A stretch of 64,000 nucleotides of DNA from Alloascoidea hylecoeti (lineage: Eukaryota): the NCBI GenBank assembly GCA_001600815.1, contig BCKZ01000017.1, positions 225,720-289,719 of the forward strand, written 5' to 3'. Positions 45,701-58,800 of the stretch are shown here, piece by piece; the stretch's first letter is position 1, and every line of letters begins with the position of its first letter. The position numbers were made by a program, and so were the translations under genes. The notes beneath the pieces were generated by a model. That model was not told the DNA's origin, did not search any database, and saw only the letters and a list, made by a program, of their open reading frames with translations.

Positions 45701-48020
45701 CAGTAAGTTGCTATCTGTTTTTAACTATTCTATCGATAACCAGCTAGATCATCAACATTTCTGCATCATCAAGGTCTTATATGAAATGAATCCTGATGGA
45801 TTCCTCAAAGTTTTAGATACAGCTGATCACTCAACTCAAAATCATATAACTTCTAAACTCGGGATAACACATAGACAAATAAGTTCTGCTAGATCATTAG
45901 GAACACCTCAAACTCGTGGAACAACACCGAGGCCGAAGACATCCATTGGAAGAGTATCATTTAGTTCCAATGCAAGCCCACGAGGACCGATTAGTCCATT
46001 GCCACAAGTTACTGAAAAGGGTGCTCGTAACAGACCACCTTCAACCCCCAGAACCTCTAAAATGGGGAATGTGACTCCCAGTGGATCACCAGGTGCTCGG
46101 AATTTAAGAAAGCAAGTTAGCCATGTCTCATTAGCATCACCTCGAACTGGCAGGACCTCGCGGCCAACTTCCCCATCCTCTAGACACTCATCTATTCCCA
46201 GAGCTAATTCTAGGAATCGAAGAGCTTCAATGCCCAGGTCCAGGACTCCCTCAAAAAATCTCGTATACCCTGAGAGTCCCCAGTTGAGACCAAAATCACC
46301 AAGTATGATCCCACTTCGTGTTTCCCCATCGCGTCAACATTCACCAAATCCACCAGTACCTACATTATTCAGAACACAGACTGATCCATTAACGGGCGAA
46401 GAAAATGTGTTTATTAGGAGAGAGAAAGAACGGCGTGAAAAAACTTTTGCAATTGGCGATGAAGCTGATGTGCTCATGGATGACATGAAGGAATCTGATT
46501 TGTATGAAATGACGATGATCAATATTTCAATACCAGACAATCAGAATATGCCTTATTCAATTACAAAATCGCCTATTATCTCTCCAATACATAATACGTT
46601 TGAACAACGTTCCAATGCATCTATCGACGCTGTAATGGAGGATGTCAGACCTGAAAGCCAGAGACTTCGGGAAGATGTGTTATCTATATCTAATAGTGAA
46701 ACTACTACATTGGATGGGAATGAATCTAAACATACTGAGATTGTAGATGAGAAAAAAAGTATCGAATCTCCTTCAAACCACAATGAATCATTTGATCAAA
46801 TTATCACTGAATCTATCGAAGTAATGCATCAGGTTGACGAAGATGTTGATATGCTTAAAGAACAGGATGATCTTTGTGATGATTTGCAAAGGGTTAAAAT
46901 ATCTATGGACCCCATCGAATCTAAAGACAGTAAAATATTATCTGTCAACCTGAATGATGTTACTAATATTCCATCGAAGAACAAGCCCAATAGCATTTCA
47001 TCGTCTCCATTTAAAAATATGTCTCTTTTTGGCAAAGAAAATATTAATAAGGGTATTATTGCTTCCAATGAGAAGACTACATTCAAAGAAAATGCCAACG
47101 AATTTTCTGTTATGGAACAATTTAATAATGCCGGTGATTATAAAAACTTTAATTCGGAGAAAGATAAAACAATATATACTTGGTATCAACTTGAATTATC
47201 ACAGCCAGACTCTGATTCTCTTGCAGAAGCACGACTGGAACTTTCTAATATATTTTACCCACAATTATTAGAACAACTATCAAATAAAAAAATTGATCCC
47301 TATGGGTTCAGACATATTTTGAACTTAGTTCACAATGCAAAAGGGGAGGGTGACATAAATTCTCTGATTAAAAACGATGAGTTAGCTAAATTGATCGATC
47401 TATTGCTTGAATTTCTTTCCACTCCAGAGGAAAGCGACCCAGAGCAAATTAATCACGGACTACTTTTGCTTAAGCAATTACTGATGCAGACTCCAGTTTC
47501 GTTTGCAGATGCCCAGGACAAAGTTTGGAATGCAATTTTGCTGATATCTACTGTTGTTGATATCAGTACATTTGAAAGCGTGATTTCGCCATTATCAGTG
47601 GCCATTGAGGAAATTGGTCTGTCGTTAATAGATGCATTCTCTCCTGTTAAAATGTTAACTTTTTCAATTTCTAGTTACTCCACAGATAATTTTGACGAAA
47701 TCAATGAGGCAAGAATGAGGAAGTTGGTTTATGTTTTATTTATGATACAGGAATGTCTCGAAAAATTTAGATTTTCAAAAACTAAGGTTGCTGAACTTAT
47801 TGCACATTTAGAATTCATACGACCAATATGTCATATCATTCTTGAATGCATTAATGATTCCGAAGTTCAGGTGCGGCGACAGATTGTAGCTATAGCTGTA
47901 TCTTTGAGAAAGTTATTCGGTGATAGTAATGATGTTGTAAATGAGATGTTAAAGAGTTTAAATGAAGGGCAAAAGAGATTGGTTAATTATTACTTTCTAA
48001 AAGCTATGAGATCCAACTGA
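42797..48020 (+). CDS. STU1: CLASP-family microtubule-associated protein Stu1; exons 42797-42857, 42936-43000, 43062-48020
   Basis: CLASP_N/TOG motifs FEGKETEFNWIKRE, SSLRTTLS, EKNVQPR and GLVDANPSVRE, a Ser/Arg-rich linker and the C-terminal helical domain (LNEGQKRLVNYY). Two 5' introns keep the frame. Confidence 0.93.
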
Positions 48021-48503
48021 GCATGTCACAAAAAGAAATACAAACATTTATAAATATTTTTTCCTTCTTATATATTCATTTTTATTTATTATTGTAGCTA
48101 TAGCTGTCATTTTTTGTTTTTGTTTCCTTGTATATCAACCCAACACTTGTTTTTAATCACTTTCAGTTTTAGTTCACCTTTTTAAATTATTAAATTATAA
48201 TTTGTTTAACATAACAAATATAGAAAAATAAATATTATTATTATTATTACACTGGAGAAGAATTTATTCTTAATTATAAGATCTCGAGCTCGTGTGCATG
48301 CTGTTATATACTCTATATAAATCAACATCAAGCGAACATATGAGACCGTAACATCCATACATTTGTTTTCAACAATGTGAAAAAAAAAAATATGAAAAAC
48401 ACTTCACTGGATGGCAATTGATCTTGACCAAATCTCCAAATAAAAAAAACAATCTTCAGGAAGAATACAACAAATCTACACTTGAATCACATATATTTTG
48501 AAA

Positions 48504-49673
48504 ATGTCACTATCTACGAGGGCCCGTTTGTTAATTAGGGGAAGTAGCTTATTAGCACTACGGTTACCAAAAGTTTCAGTTTTAACCACTATACGATGTA
48601 TGTTCGATAAACACTATTGGAATTGAATTGGTATATTTGCTAACTTGAATTTAGTGGCTTCATCACAAGCATATGAACCAAAAGTTACTGTCCTAGAACC
48701 TCATCAGCATCAGTACACAACTCCTAATGACGTTACTAAATTTGGCGAGTACTCTAGATCTGATGTTAAAATGGTCATATCTGAAGAAGAGGCAGTTAAA
48801 TCACCACCATTAATTGCATTACATGCCAGATTAGAACTCACGAATAGCTTTCCATGTTCAACGCTTGCCAGATGTCTAACTTGCAAGTTACCGGACAACG
48901 ATGTGGCAGATAATTATGGACTATCCATCCTTGGTAAAGACTTATTGGCGTATTATGCCACAGAGTATTTAATTGTCACATATCCCCGTATACCAACTGT
49001 AGTTCTAAATGCTGCTCTAGGAGCATATATCTCAAAGGGTGTTCTAGCGGATATCGGAAAAGGGTGGGGTATTGAAAAAGACTCTTCCAGTTCATTATCA
49101 AGGTATTTGAACGACGAACCAGTAGCCATTCAATATGGTAAACTAAGATATCAAAAGCCATTAAAAAGACAAGAGGATGGTATTATCGAATTAGGAGAGA
49201 CGGGTTCTTATGGTAAATTTACCGAAGCCATGTCTTCAGCAGTAAGATCAATTATAGCCGGAGTTCACATTCATCTAGGCAAAGAAGCAGCTAGACAATT
49301 CATTTACGATCATGTCTTATCACGAAAGGTAGATATAGGATCGATGTTCCAGTTTGAACAAGCAACGAGAGAATTGTCAAGATTATGCCTTCGGGAAGGG
49401 CTCGAGGCACCAACAAGCCGTTTGCTAGCAGAGACGGGTAGGTTTTCAGCGACACCTGTGTTTGTCGTTGGTGTATTTTCAGGATCTAATAAGTTAGGAG
49501 AAGGTCAAGGATCTAGTTTAATAGAAGGCAAAATAAGAGCAGCTGTTAATGCCTTAAAATCATGGTATCTTTACCAACCTATCGATCCAAAATTCCCTAG
49601 TGAGGTCAATAAAGACAGAAAGTTCAATGAACAAGGAGAGACTTATATCGATCCTGGTACGGTATTTGTTTAA
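48504..49673 (+). CDS. MRPL3: Mitochondrial ribosomal protein mL44 (RNase III-like plus dsRBD); exons 48504-48597, 48655-49673
   Basis: SPPLIALHARL, TLARCL, YPRIP, FQFEQATRELSRLCLREGLE, SRLLAETGRFS, FVVGVFSG..KLGEGQGSSL, ALKSWYLY, YIDPG. Intron GTATGT..GCTAAC..TAG. Confidence 0.93.
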
Positions 49674-50878
49674 ATAACTTCAACAAAAAATTGAGCTGTG
49701 CTTCATATTTGTTAAGAAGTCAGCTTATTCATATAAAAGTAAGGGTGGCATAGAAAACAAATTGTAAATATGGTTTTAAAAGTTCCATTTTTCGTTATCA
49801 ATTTTTACTGTTTATAAGGGAAGTTATTGGCGTAGTGTATATATATGAGCCAATAAATATGAATATAAACGGATCGATTGTTCACAATATATTAATTAAA
49901 TACAACCTAGATCTAGATCTATTTTTATATAAATATAAACTGTTGATAGTCAAGATCATGATGCATTAATGTATTATATTTCATTTAATATATTCAAGCC
50001 TGTAATCATCTAAAGCCTTTGTTAATTGTAATATAATTTATTCGTAAGATATTTCTACAAGTTTAAGTAGAATCTGGCAGTATACTGTTCCTAATAATGG
50101 GATCATACAATGAAGGGCGAAGTAATACATCGATTATGATAGCCAATGTTCATAAATGAGTGAAATAATGAAGTTGGTGCAAAGATTCGGAAATCATCAT
50201 CACCTTTTGTTCGCACTATTCGTGTAATTTTAGTGAATTTAATTATAGTTAAAAAAGAGGTAACGAATTGTCATGCGAACTAATTTATAGCTAGAAACGA
50301 ATATAGCTTGATATATACCACCAATATATCGATTATTTGCTTCCAACATGAGACTATTTCATTTTGTATTTTTACACGTTAATTTATGAACTCACCTATA
50401 ACCCATATATAATAATGCTTTAGGATATTCCGAAGGCTGAATACTATATGTATAAACCTGTAAGGTTAATATGAATATAGGAGAACCATTATATTATTAA
50501 GCACTTCTAATTATATACATTTACAATATTAATTCTTAGCATCTTCTAATTAAGAATTGATATCGATTATAACTTAAAGTTATTTCAATAACAGACTTAT
50601 AATTGCTTGAAAACAAAATCTTTTCTCTTTTTTCTATAAGAAGATAAATATCCTTAAGTAGAGAGTTATTAGTTTAAAAGTAAAGGTAGTAAAAGAACCA
50701 ATTCCAAAACATTTATTTGATATGATACTTCTTTAATATTAAAGGTTTAATTTTATAATTATATATATTGTGGTTTAAATAATATGTTGATTATAAAATA
50801 ATGCAATGCAATTGAAATATTTTCTTTAATTTTGCCCTCACTAACTAATAATAATAACAATTTATGTATATGAGAAAG

Positions 50879-52849
50879 TTATAATGACATTTGTTCTGAT
50901 GAAGCTGCAAAATTAACAAAGTTCATTATAACTTGATTTTTTCTAGTAGCCAATACTATTAATTTATCATCCTGTACAACCACACTCCATACCATATCAT
51001 AAGAACCTATATCTCTTATCCATTTACCACCATTTCCATTTTCACTGATATGAGGGTGCAAATGAGACAGGGGTTGATTGTGAAAGTTCCATAACCTCAC
51101 CCTTCCATCATTACCACCTGTAACGATTAGTTGATGGTTAATTAAAGAAGCTGCTGCCAATGGTGAATCATGAGCATGCAAATTTAATAAACATTCTCCA
51201 TATTCTTTTTCATGTCTATTGATATTCCAGAATCGTACAGTTCCATCTGCCGCTCCTGATATTAATCCATGAGGAGTTGGAATAAGAAGACCAACTAATG
51301 CTTGATGTCCATTTAGTACTTTAAGACAAGTTCCATCTAATTTCCATAATCTAATTGTTGTATCTAGGGATCCACTTATAATTTGTAAATCATCTTTTGA
51401 ATTTGAATCTGATTTTGAAAATGCAACCGCATAAATTTCTTGATTATGACCTTTTAATGTTGCTTTACAATCACCTTCTAGATTCCATACTATACATGTA
51501 CAATCATAGCATCCACTAACGATCCAACCACCTTTTTTAACGTGATTATTATCATTTAAATAAACATCTAGACATCTGACACTACTCTGATGCTTTTTCA
51601 TAATCTTAATACATTTACCATGCTTAATATCCCATAATCTAATAGTGCAATCTCTTGATCCACTAACTGCTAATTCCAAAGATATTAACTTAACACATCT
51701 TACAGTTGATGAATGTCCTTCTAAAACAAATAATTGAACACCTCTTGATAAATCCCAAACCCGTACTGTTCTATCACAACCACAACTAACCAAGGTATCG
51801 TTAAGTAAAGATAATGCCCAAACACCAAGAACATGACCTCTTAAAACATATAATCTTTCTATTCCACTGCTATGATCAGTTGCAGTTGTAAAAACATGAA
51901 TAAGTGAATTATCCAAAGCTATAACGATATATGAACCAGACATTATAACATTTGTTACTATGACATCTTCATTTGAAACATGATGCGATGTAGTAATATT
52001 ATCATGGTTGATCCAGTTATGCTGTGTAAAATAATGATATTTAAATAATTTATAATAATTTGTAAATGATCGATCATCTATGATGGTTTCGTTATCAATT
52101 TGTAATTGGTTATTTTCAGTTGATGATGATGATGAATTTTTTTTAAATAATAATTTTTTATAAGATGCCGTTTCTCTATAATCATATTCCCGACAAATTT
52201 GTTTCCATAGATATTGATCACAAACAATTTCTCTCCATGAACGACATACTTCACTACATGATAAAATATCTCTTATTCCTCCATGTAAATAATCAAATGT
52301 AGTAGAGTTTGAATCAAGACTAATATAATATAGAATATTTAAAGAAATTTCTTTTGGTAAAACTTGAAATGGATCATGTCGTAATTTTGCAGATAATAAT
52401 GAAGAAAGTAGATTTAAATCTGTGGATGATAACTGAGATAACAAGTTATTAAATAAGGCTTCTTTTGATTCTTGAGGAAGATTTGGGATTAATGATAAGA
52501 TTTCTTGTAGTTGGGAAACATCAAAGTTTGTTTCATTATTTGTTTCTGAAACAGTCCTGGTGGGAATGATATCAACCGGTCGAGGGAGTTGGTCTTGTGT
52601 CAACACCGAAGAAGTTGGAGTTGTATGTCGAGGAGATGGAGCAGGAGTTGGTGGTGGATCAAAGTTAGATTTTGAGTTATGAATTATTGATGATATCAGT
52701 TGGTCGTTTGTTTGTAGTTGATCTACAGTTGTATGGTCTAGCTGTAGTTGTGAGTCTGAAGGAGAAGCTGGGAGTTGTGTATTTATTTGTTCCAGTTCTA
52801 ATTCTAGTTGATCGTGATCGTGATCAACGGTTTGTGATAATTCGGCCAT
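50879..52849 (-). CDS. F-box/WD40 SCF substrate receptor, Cdc4/Fbw7 family
   Basis: F-box (DPFQVLPKEISLNILYY...CSEVCRSWREIVCDQYLWK) followed by about seven WD40 repeats (GHVLGVWAL, GHSSTVRCV, VSGSRDCTIRLWD, HQSSVRCL). First ATG at 52849. Confidence 0.9.
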   Translation of the reverse strand: MAELSQTVDHDHDQLELELEQINTQLPASPSDSQLQLDHTTVDQLQTNDQLISSIIHNSKSNFDPPPTPAPSPRHTTPTSSVLTQDQLPRPVDIIPTRTVSETNNETNFDVSQLQEILSLIPNLPQESKEALFNNLLSQLSSTDLNLLSSLLSAKLRHDPFQVLPKEISLNILYYISLDSNSTTFDYLHGGIRDILSCSEVCRSWREIVCDQYLWKQICREYDYRETASYKKLLFKKNSSSSSTENNQLQIDNETIIDDRSFTNYYKLFKYHYFTQHNWINHDNITTSHHVSNEDVIVTNVIMSGSYIVIALDNSLIHVFTTATDHSSGIERLYVLRGHVLGVWALSLLNDTLVSCGCDRTVRVWDLSRGVQLFVLEGHSSTVRCVKLISLELAVSGSRDCTIRLWDIKHGKCIKIMKKHQSSVRCLDVYLNDNNHVKKGGWIVSGCYDCTCIVWNLEGDCKATLKGHNQEIYAVAFSKSDSNSKDDLQIISGSLDTTIRLWKLDGTCLKVLNGHQALVGLLIPTPHGLISGAADGTVRFWNINRHEKEYGECLLNLHAHDSPLAAASLINHQLIVTGGNDGRVRLWNFHNQPLSHLHPHISENGNGGKWIRDIGSYDMVWSVVVQDDKLIVLATRKNQVIMNFVNFAASSEQMSL

Positions 52850-53173
52850 GATCTTCAACTTCTTGTTTGGTGTCCCTTATAACAACACAACTTCTAATAA
52901 AATAAAAATACAATTATTATTATTTAAATCTAGATTTATAGATATATATAAATGAAGTAAGAATATTAATGATAATGGAATGTCAAAAGAATGAAAGAGT
53001 TTTTTGTCTTAAAAACTAAAAAAAAAAAAAAAAAGATTGATTCAAAGGAAAACAAAGAGGTAGCACGTGGGTATTTAACATTTTATAGGAAATACTTTAT
53101 AATTACATTAAAAAACAACTTTTAGAATTCTCAGCTGATCATGATCATGATATAAATAAAACATAATACATTC

Positions 53174-54486
53174 TTATGGTGCCAGCACCTTGGGAATATT
53201 CTCCAACATTTCAAGGACAGCATAATAGTGATATAATGCACCACCAAGTACAAATATATGCCACATGTTATGTGATTGAAAGATATAATCAACCCAACTA
53301 TACGATTTAATGTAATCCCAAAATGTCGTATATTGGATTGGTAATGGATTTATTAATGGTACACCATTATAAGATTCTTCTGGATTATTAATAAATAATG
53401 TATATGCATCAGAATTTGATTCTTGTGATTGAGACAGATCATTATCATTATCAATATCAATTGTAGAACTTGAAGAATGATGAACATGATGATGATGTTT
53501 ATGTGAATAAGATATACAATCTGTTCTCATTATTTCAGGAAATAATGTTCCATAGAAGATTACTCCAATAAGATAGCTTGTAATACTTTTCAAAATTGGG
53601 AAATAAAAAATGCACATCTTTTTAGTACCGTATAATGAACTAGCAACAGCAAATGCAGATATAGCACCTGTTGCTAATGCAATGAAAAACAAAATTCTAA
53701 AATGTCGATTTTCAGGTTTATCAAAATATGGAGACCAATTAAAGAATAATCCAATAAATCCTAAAATAAGACTAAAACTCATGATTAAATTTCTTTGAAA
53801 TTCATGATAATATAAAGCAGCATATTCAGTTGTTATAACACTTGCAGATACCAATAATGTTATACCTGTATAATCTAAACAAGCACATTTTGTTTTAATT
53901 GATAAATTTGAAGTACAATTAAAAGTATGCCATGAAACAGAACATAATAAACATTGTAATACCATAATGAAAAAGAATCCAATAACTGAACGATCTAGAA
54001 TATTTGAATTGGCATAAACTAATGTCTTTGGGAATTCAACCGCCCAAATATAAATAAAACCAATAAAACCAAGTAAATGAGTCCAAATATTAGCAGTTTC
54101 ATTATGTAATTGAAAAATACTTTTAATAGACCTCAAGAAATTATTATGAAACCTATAACCATTAATGATATAATGATTTTCTCTCCATGGAATTGGAAGT
54201 TCATGAAATGTTAAATTACGATCCAGACCTTGTTTTATAGAATATTGTAGATGAGATTCTATACTATTTCCAATAGAAATAGTTAAATCAGTTGGTTGAA
54301 GTTTTATTTGAGATGAGAAATTTTCCAATAAATTTGTTTTTTGATCTAATAAATCTATTTTAATTGTCAATGTTTTAAAAGAGGCAGGATCATTTAGTTT
54401 ATAATTAACAACGTCATCGTCATTATTATCACTAAACGCCCTTAATAAAGCTTCGGCTCTTGCTTTCCCACGTTCCAGAACACTGA

Positions 54487-54517
<31 letters not shown>

Positions 54518-54934
54518 TGAGAAAATTGTGTCCTGACAGGCTTCTTTAACTCGTGTTAATGTATCATAAGCATTTTGAATTATTTGTGCCTTATCATTTC
54601 CAACGAAGTTGACGATAAAATCAAATAATGTAGCACTTGGTTGAGATTCCGATTCAACCATGCTGCTAGTTTTAATAGTTTGTCTTGGCTTTTTATTATT
54701 ATTGGTAATGAAGAGATTTTCTAATTCATCTAAGCAATTGTCGAGTTTTTCAAGGAATAGATCTATTTTATTAAGGATAGATTCCTCGGGATCTAGAGCC
54801 TCGGAGTTTAGCTCGAGGTCATGGCTGGTATGAACAACATCCAACTCTATTGGTTGTGAAAATGTTCTTCGGTGACATGATCCTTGTGATTCAATACTAT
54901 TCATGTATTGGGGCTTGTTTGGTGTTGAGTCCAT
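53174..54934 (-). CDS. IZH3: PAQR/haemolysin-III membrane protein, Izh3-like
   Basis: LPIPWRENHYIINGYRF, HNETANIWTHL, SVSWHTF, CACLDYTGIT, FPE and SHNMWHIFV, with the long N-terminal extension typical of Izh3. Confidence 0.85.
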
Positions 54935-55815
54935 AGTTGTACTGTATGAAAAGACCGAGAGGAAGATGTATTTATTTGAACAAGGAATCTGGAGATATAT
55001 GGAACAGAATGTTTATTTGGTTGATTTATATTACCTTTGCTATATTGACTGTGATGCGGAACTTGATAAAAATAAATTATAATTAAGGGAGATCAAGCAA
55101 GCTATATCTAATGTATTAGTGGGTGAAATAAACAAAAGAGATGGAAATCGCTCGGAAAAGTAAAAGAGAAAGAGTTTAAATAGATAAGAAAGAGATGGTG
55201 AAAGAAACTAAAAAGGTAAAAAAACGTGGGTTATCTATGTAAATAGAATAATAAGGTGGTGAAAAATGTGGACTATGCAGAAGTTAAGTTAAAACTGGGT
55301 TTTGACAGAATTTTCAACCAATAGATTAAAGCTTAACCTTCCAATTAATTCTCTTTGTCCGTGCCTTTTATATTATTTAGAAATTTAAATTTAATATCTA
55401 TATAGAAGCTGTTTCCATTCGCAAAGCCTGGCTTCCTAAAGTGTTTTGCAATGCCTCCATTTGTGTTCTCAAACTCTCAGACGGCAGACAAGCCACATCT
55501 TCTGTCCGTATCCGTCCAAGTGCAGAACCCCCGCGGTCACGTGGACGGCGGCTGAACTTAAGTGGACGCGGCTCCCGAGAGTTTGACTCCAAGATTACGG
55601 GAACTGAGATTCGTACGATCATCGCATGTCCTATGCAACATGCATGCAACTGCTTCCGTGACTACCGGATGTGACGACTTGCAGGCCTTGTTGCATGTCT
55701 TGTTGCAGCATTTCTCTCGTGATTTTGCTGTTTGTTCCATTTTGAGTTGAATTTTCAAATCTTCTTTCTCAACTCTGCTCCCTCTTCAAAGTCAAAACCT
55801 GATAGATAACACAAA

Positions 55816-58800
55816 ATGTCCGGCAGAAGATCGAGTGTCCAATCTGAAAAATCCGACGAAGAGACTTCTTGGCTTTACAGAACTGATTCGATTCCGCTGT
55901 CCCTTGTTCGAACCAGATCCAGAACCGCCCAGCAAAACGTTAACCAGAACAGAATAGGCCTGATTCAGGAAGAAGACCCTAAACCCCCAACCACTCCGGG
56001 TGATTCGTCTAGCAGTTCAACCCTCGATTTGGACTCAAAAAACGACTCAAAAAATACGTTGGTGGGTGGAAAACCCGGGGCTGTTTCGCAACAGGACGGT
56101 ACTAATCTTGTGAAAACCCAAGACATGCCATCTCCTGTTCCCGCATCTACCCCGTCTACCCCATCCTCTAAGAAAGAAGCTCCGCCATCCACGGCTGCAT
56201 CTGCTGCAAAGCCAAAGAAACAGAAACGCAATCTTTTCAAGTCTTTTTCTTCAAAATTCTCGAGAAAATCCTCCACCGGTAATTTGACCTCTCAGAACGA
56301 TGATAATGTGCATGATAACCATCAGAATGACTTATCTTTGAGAAGAGTCGCAACAACTTCAAATATCAATCGTACCACTTCTTCTGATCATGACCTCTTT
56401 GAACCCTTAAAACGAATTACTAGTTATTCCGTTTCAAATTCACTCTCAAGACATGACAGAGACAAAGACAATTCGGACAAAGAATCCGAAGCCAATTTAA
56501 AACCTCACTCCAAATTAAAAGACGATACACATATAAATAATTCTTCAATTACTACTGGTACTACAGATGGCACCGATAATCATAATTCTAATGGTTCGTC
56601 TTTACCATCATCACCTACATTGGGTCCTAAAAAGGAAGGTTTTTTACATTTTGGAAGAAAAAAGATAAATCATACGAGACCTGCAACAGTTACGAATACG
56701 CCTAGACATTTCCCACAATTAGAAGAACAAAAAGAAAAAAAACATGAAAAAATTGTTTTTTGTAAAAATACAACAAGAGCAACATGTTCAATTAAGGAAT
56801 TACAAAATATTAAACCTTTACAACATGTTAGTTTTGTAGTTGATATTTTTGATGATGATCCACCTCAACAGATTCCATCTCGGACTCCTAAAAAAGGAAA
56901 TGTTGAAATTACTTCAAAAGGTTGTATTGTTCATAAAGTTGATGCAAAAGGTCTTGAAATTCACTATTTAATACCTAAAACTGATCCTTCAGTTCCTTAT
57001 ATTACTGTCCCTGATATGTCTCCTCCTTCTGAGGCATTAAAAAGAAAATTTTCTTTACGGGGTGATATTGATAAGCCGTCGGATGATTTGAAACCACATA
57101 AGGTCATTGATGATAATACCGATGCGGATGCTGCTCAAAGGCATGGAATTGCTGTCAGTGCGGCCGCGGCTGCTGCCGAGGCAAGGGTTAAATCTCAATT
57201 AAATGAACAAGATGATGAGCAGCAACATTTACAAGAAAATGAAAATAAAGATGAAAGTGAAAATGAAAATGAAAAACCATCATTAGAAATTGATACAACA
57301 AATAATAAAAAAGAACATCCAAATCTTGATTTAATTTATACTCGTTGCTGTCATTTACGTGAAATTTTACCTATTAATGCAACATTAAAACAAATAAAAT
57401 CATATACTCAAACACCAATACCATTATTAAAATTAAGAAATACAAGGCCATCAATGATTGAAATTTTAACATTTAGTGATTTTATTTCAATTGTACCAAT
57501 ATTAAATATATCACTTGATGATGTTTCATTATCAAGTGAAATGCTTAGAATTTTATTATCATCTTTAGTTTATTCAAAGGCTTTAAATAAATTATCTTTA
57601 AGAAATGTTGTTTTTGATGATGAAGGTTGGGATTATCTTTGTTGGTTTTTATCAATTAATAAATCTTTAGAAAGATTAGATTTATCTCAAGTACCTTCAG
57701 ATGAAGTTATAGCACGTCGTTTAACAATTAGAGAGGCTGAAGATCATCCAGATCCTAAAAAAAATACATCATCACCTCCTATTAAAAGAATGAGAGCTGA
57801 TGATTTTTCAAGATCTGATATGAATTGGAAACTTTTCGTTTCTGTTTTAGAATCAAGAACTATTGGATTACAAGAATTGTTAATAAATGGTTGTCAAATT
57901 TTAAAAACTGAAGATTTTAAAGATTTATTAAATCGTGGTTGTCCGAATGGTGTTAAAAGACTTGGTTTATCAAATAATGAATTATCTTATGATCAATGTG
58001 TTGAATTATCAAATTGGTTAGCAAAAGATGAAGTTGATATATTAGGTCTTGATTTAGGTTTTAATGATTTTAGTGGTGAAAATTTAGAACCTCTTATAAA
58101 AACTTTTAGAAAAGTAAATGAAAGTACTGTCGTTAAAAATTCTCAAGGTAGTGGTATGATTAGAGATTTATCTCATCATGGTTTAGATGGTTTAAAATTT
58201 ATTTCATTAACTGGTACAAATTTAAATTTTACAAAATCATTTATTGAATATTTTCATTTATTATCAAGATTACCATCTTTAGTATTTTTAGATTTAAGTT
58301 TTAATCCTGATTTATTTCCTGAAATTATTCCAACTTTTATATCATTTTTACCACAATTTAAACAATTAAGAAGAATTCATTTTGATTATAATGAATTACA
58401 TTCAACTACAATTACTGCATTAGCTGATGTTTTACCATTATGTCCAAAACTAGCTCATGTTAGCTTTTTAGGAAATTATAATATGGATAAGAAATCTTCA
58501 GCTGCTCTTATTGCTGCAATTAAAGCATCTACTTCAATAGTTACTGTTGAAATTGAAACTAAAAATGTTCCTCCAAGTTTCTTGGAAACTATGAATTTCT
58601 TTTGTATTAGAAATATGGAAAATTTCGTTTATAATGCTCCTGGTGCAACTAATGATGTAGAAGATGGAATTAATGATGAAAATAAAGATCAATTAACTAG
58701 TGAATTCTCTAAATTAATTGAAAATCCTGACTCATTAAGTGATGCTAAGTTTGTTGAAAAAGCATTATTAATACAATCTACATTGAAATCTACAATGAGG

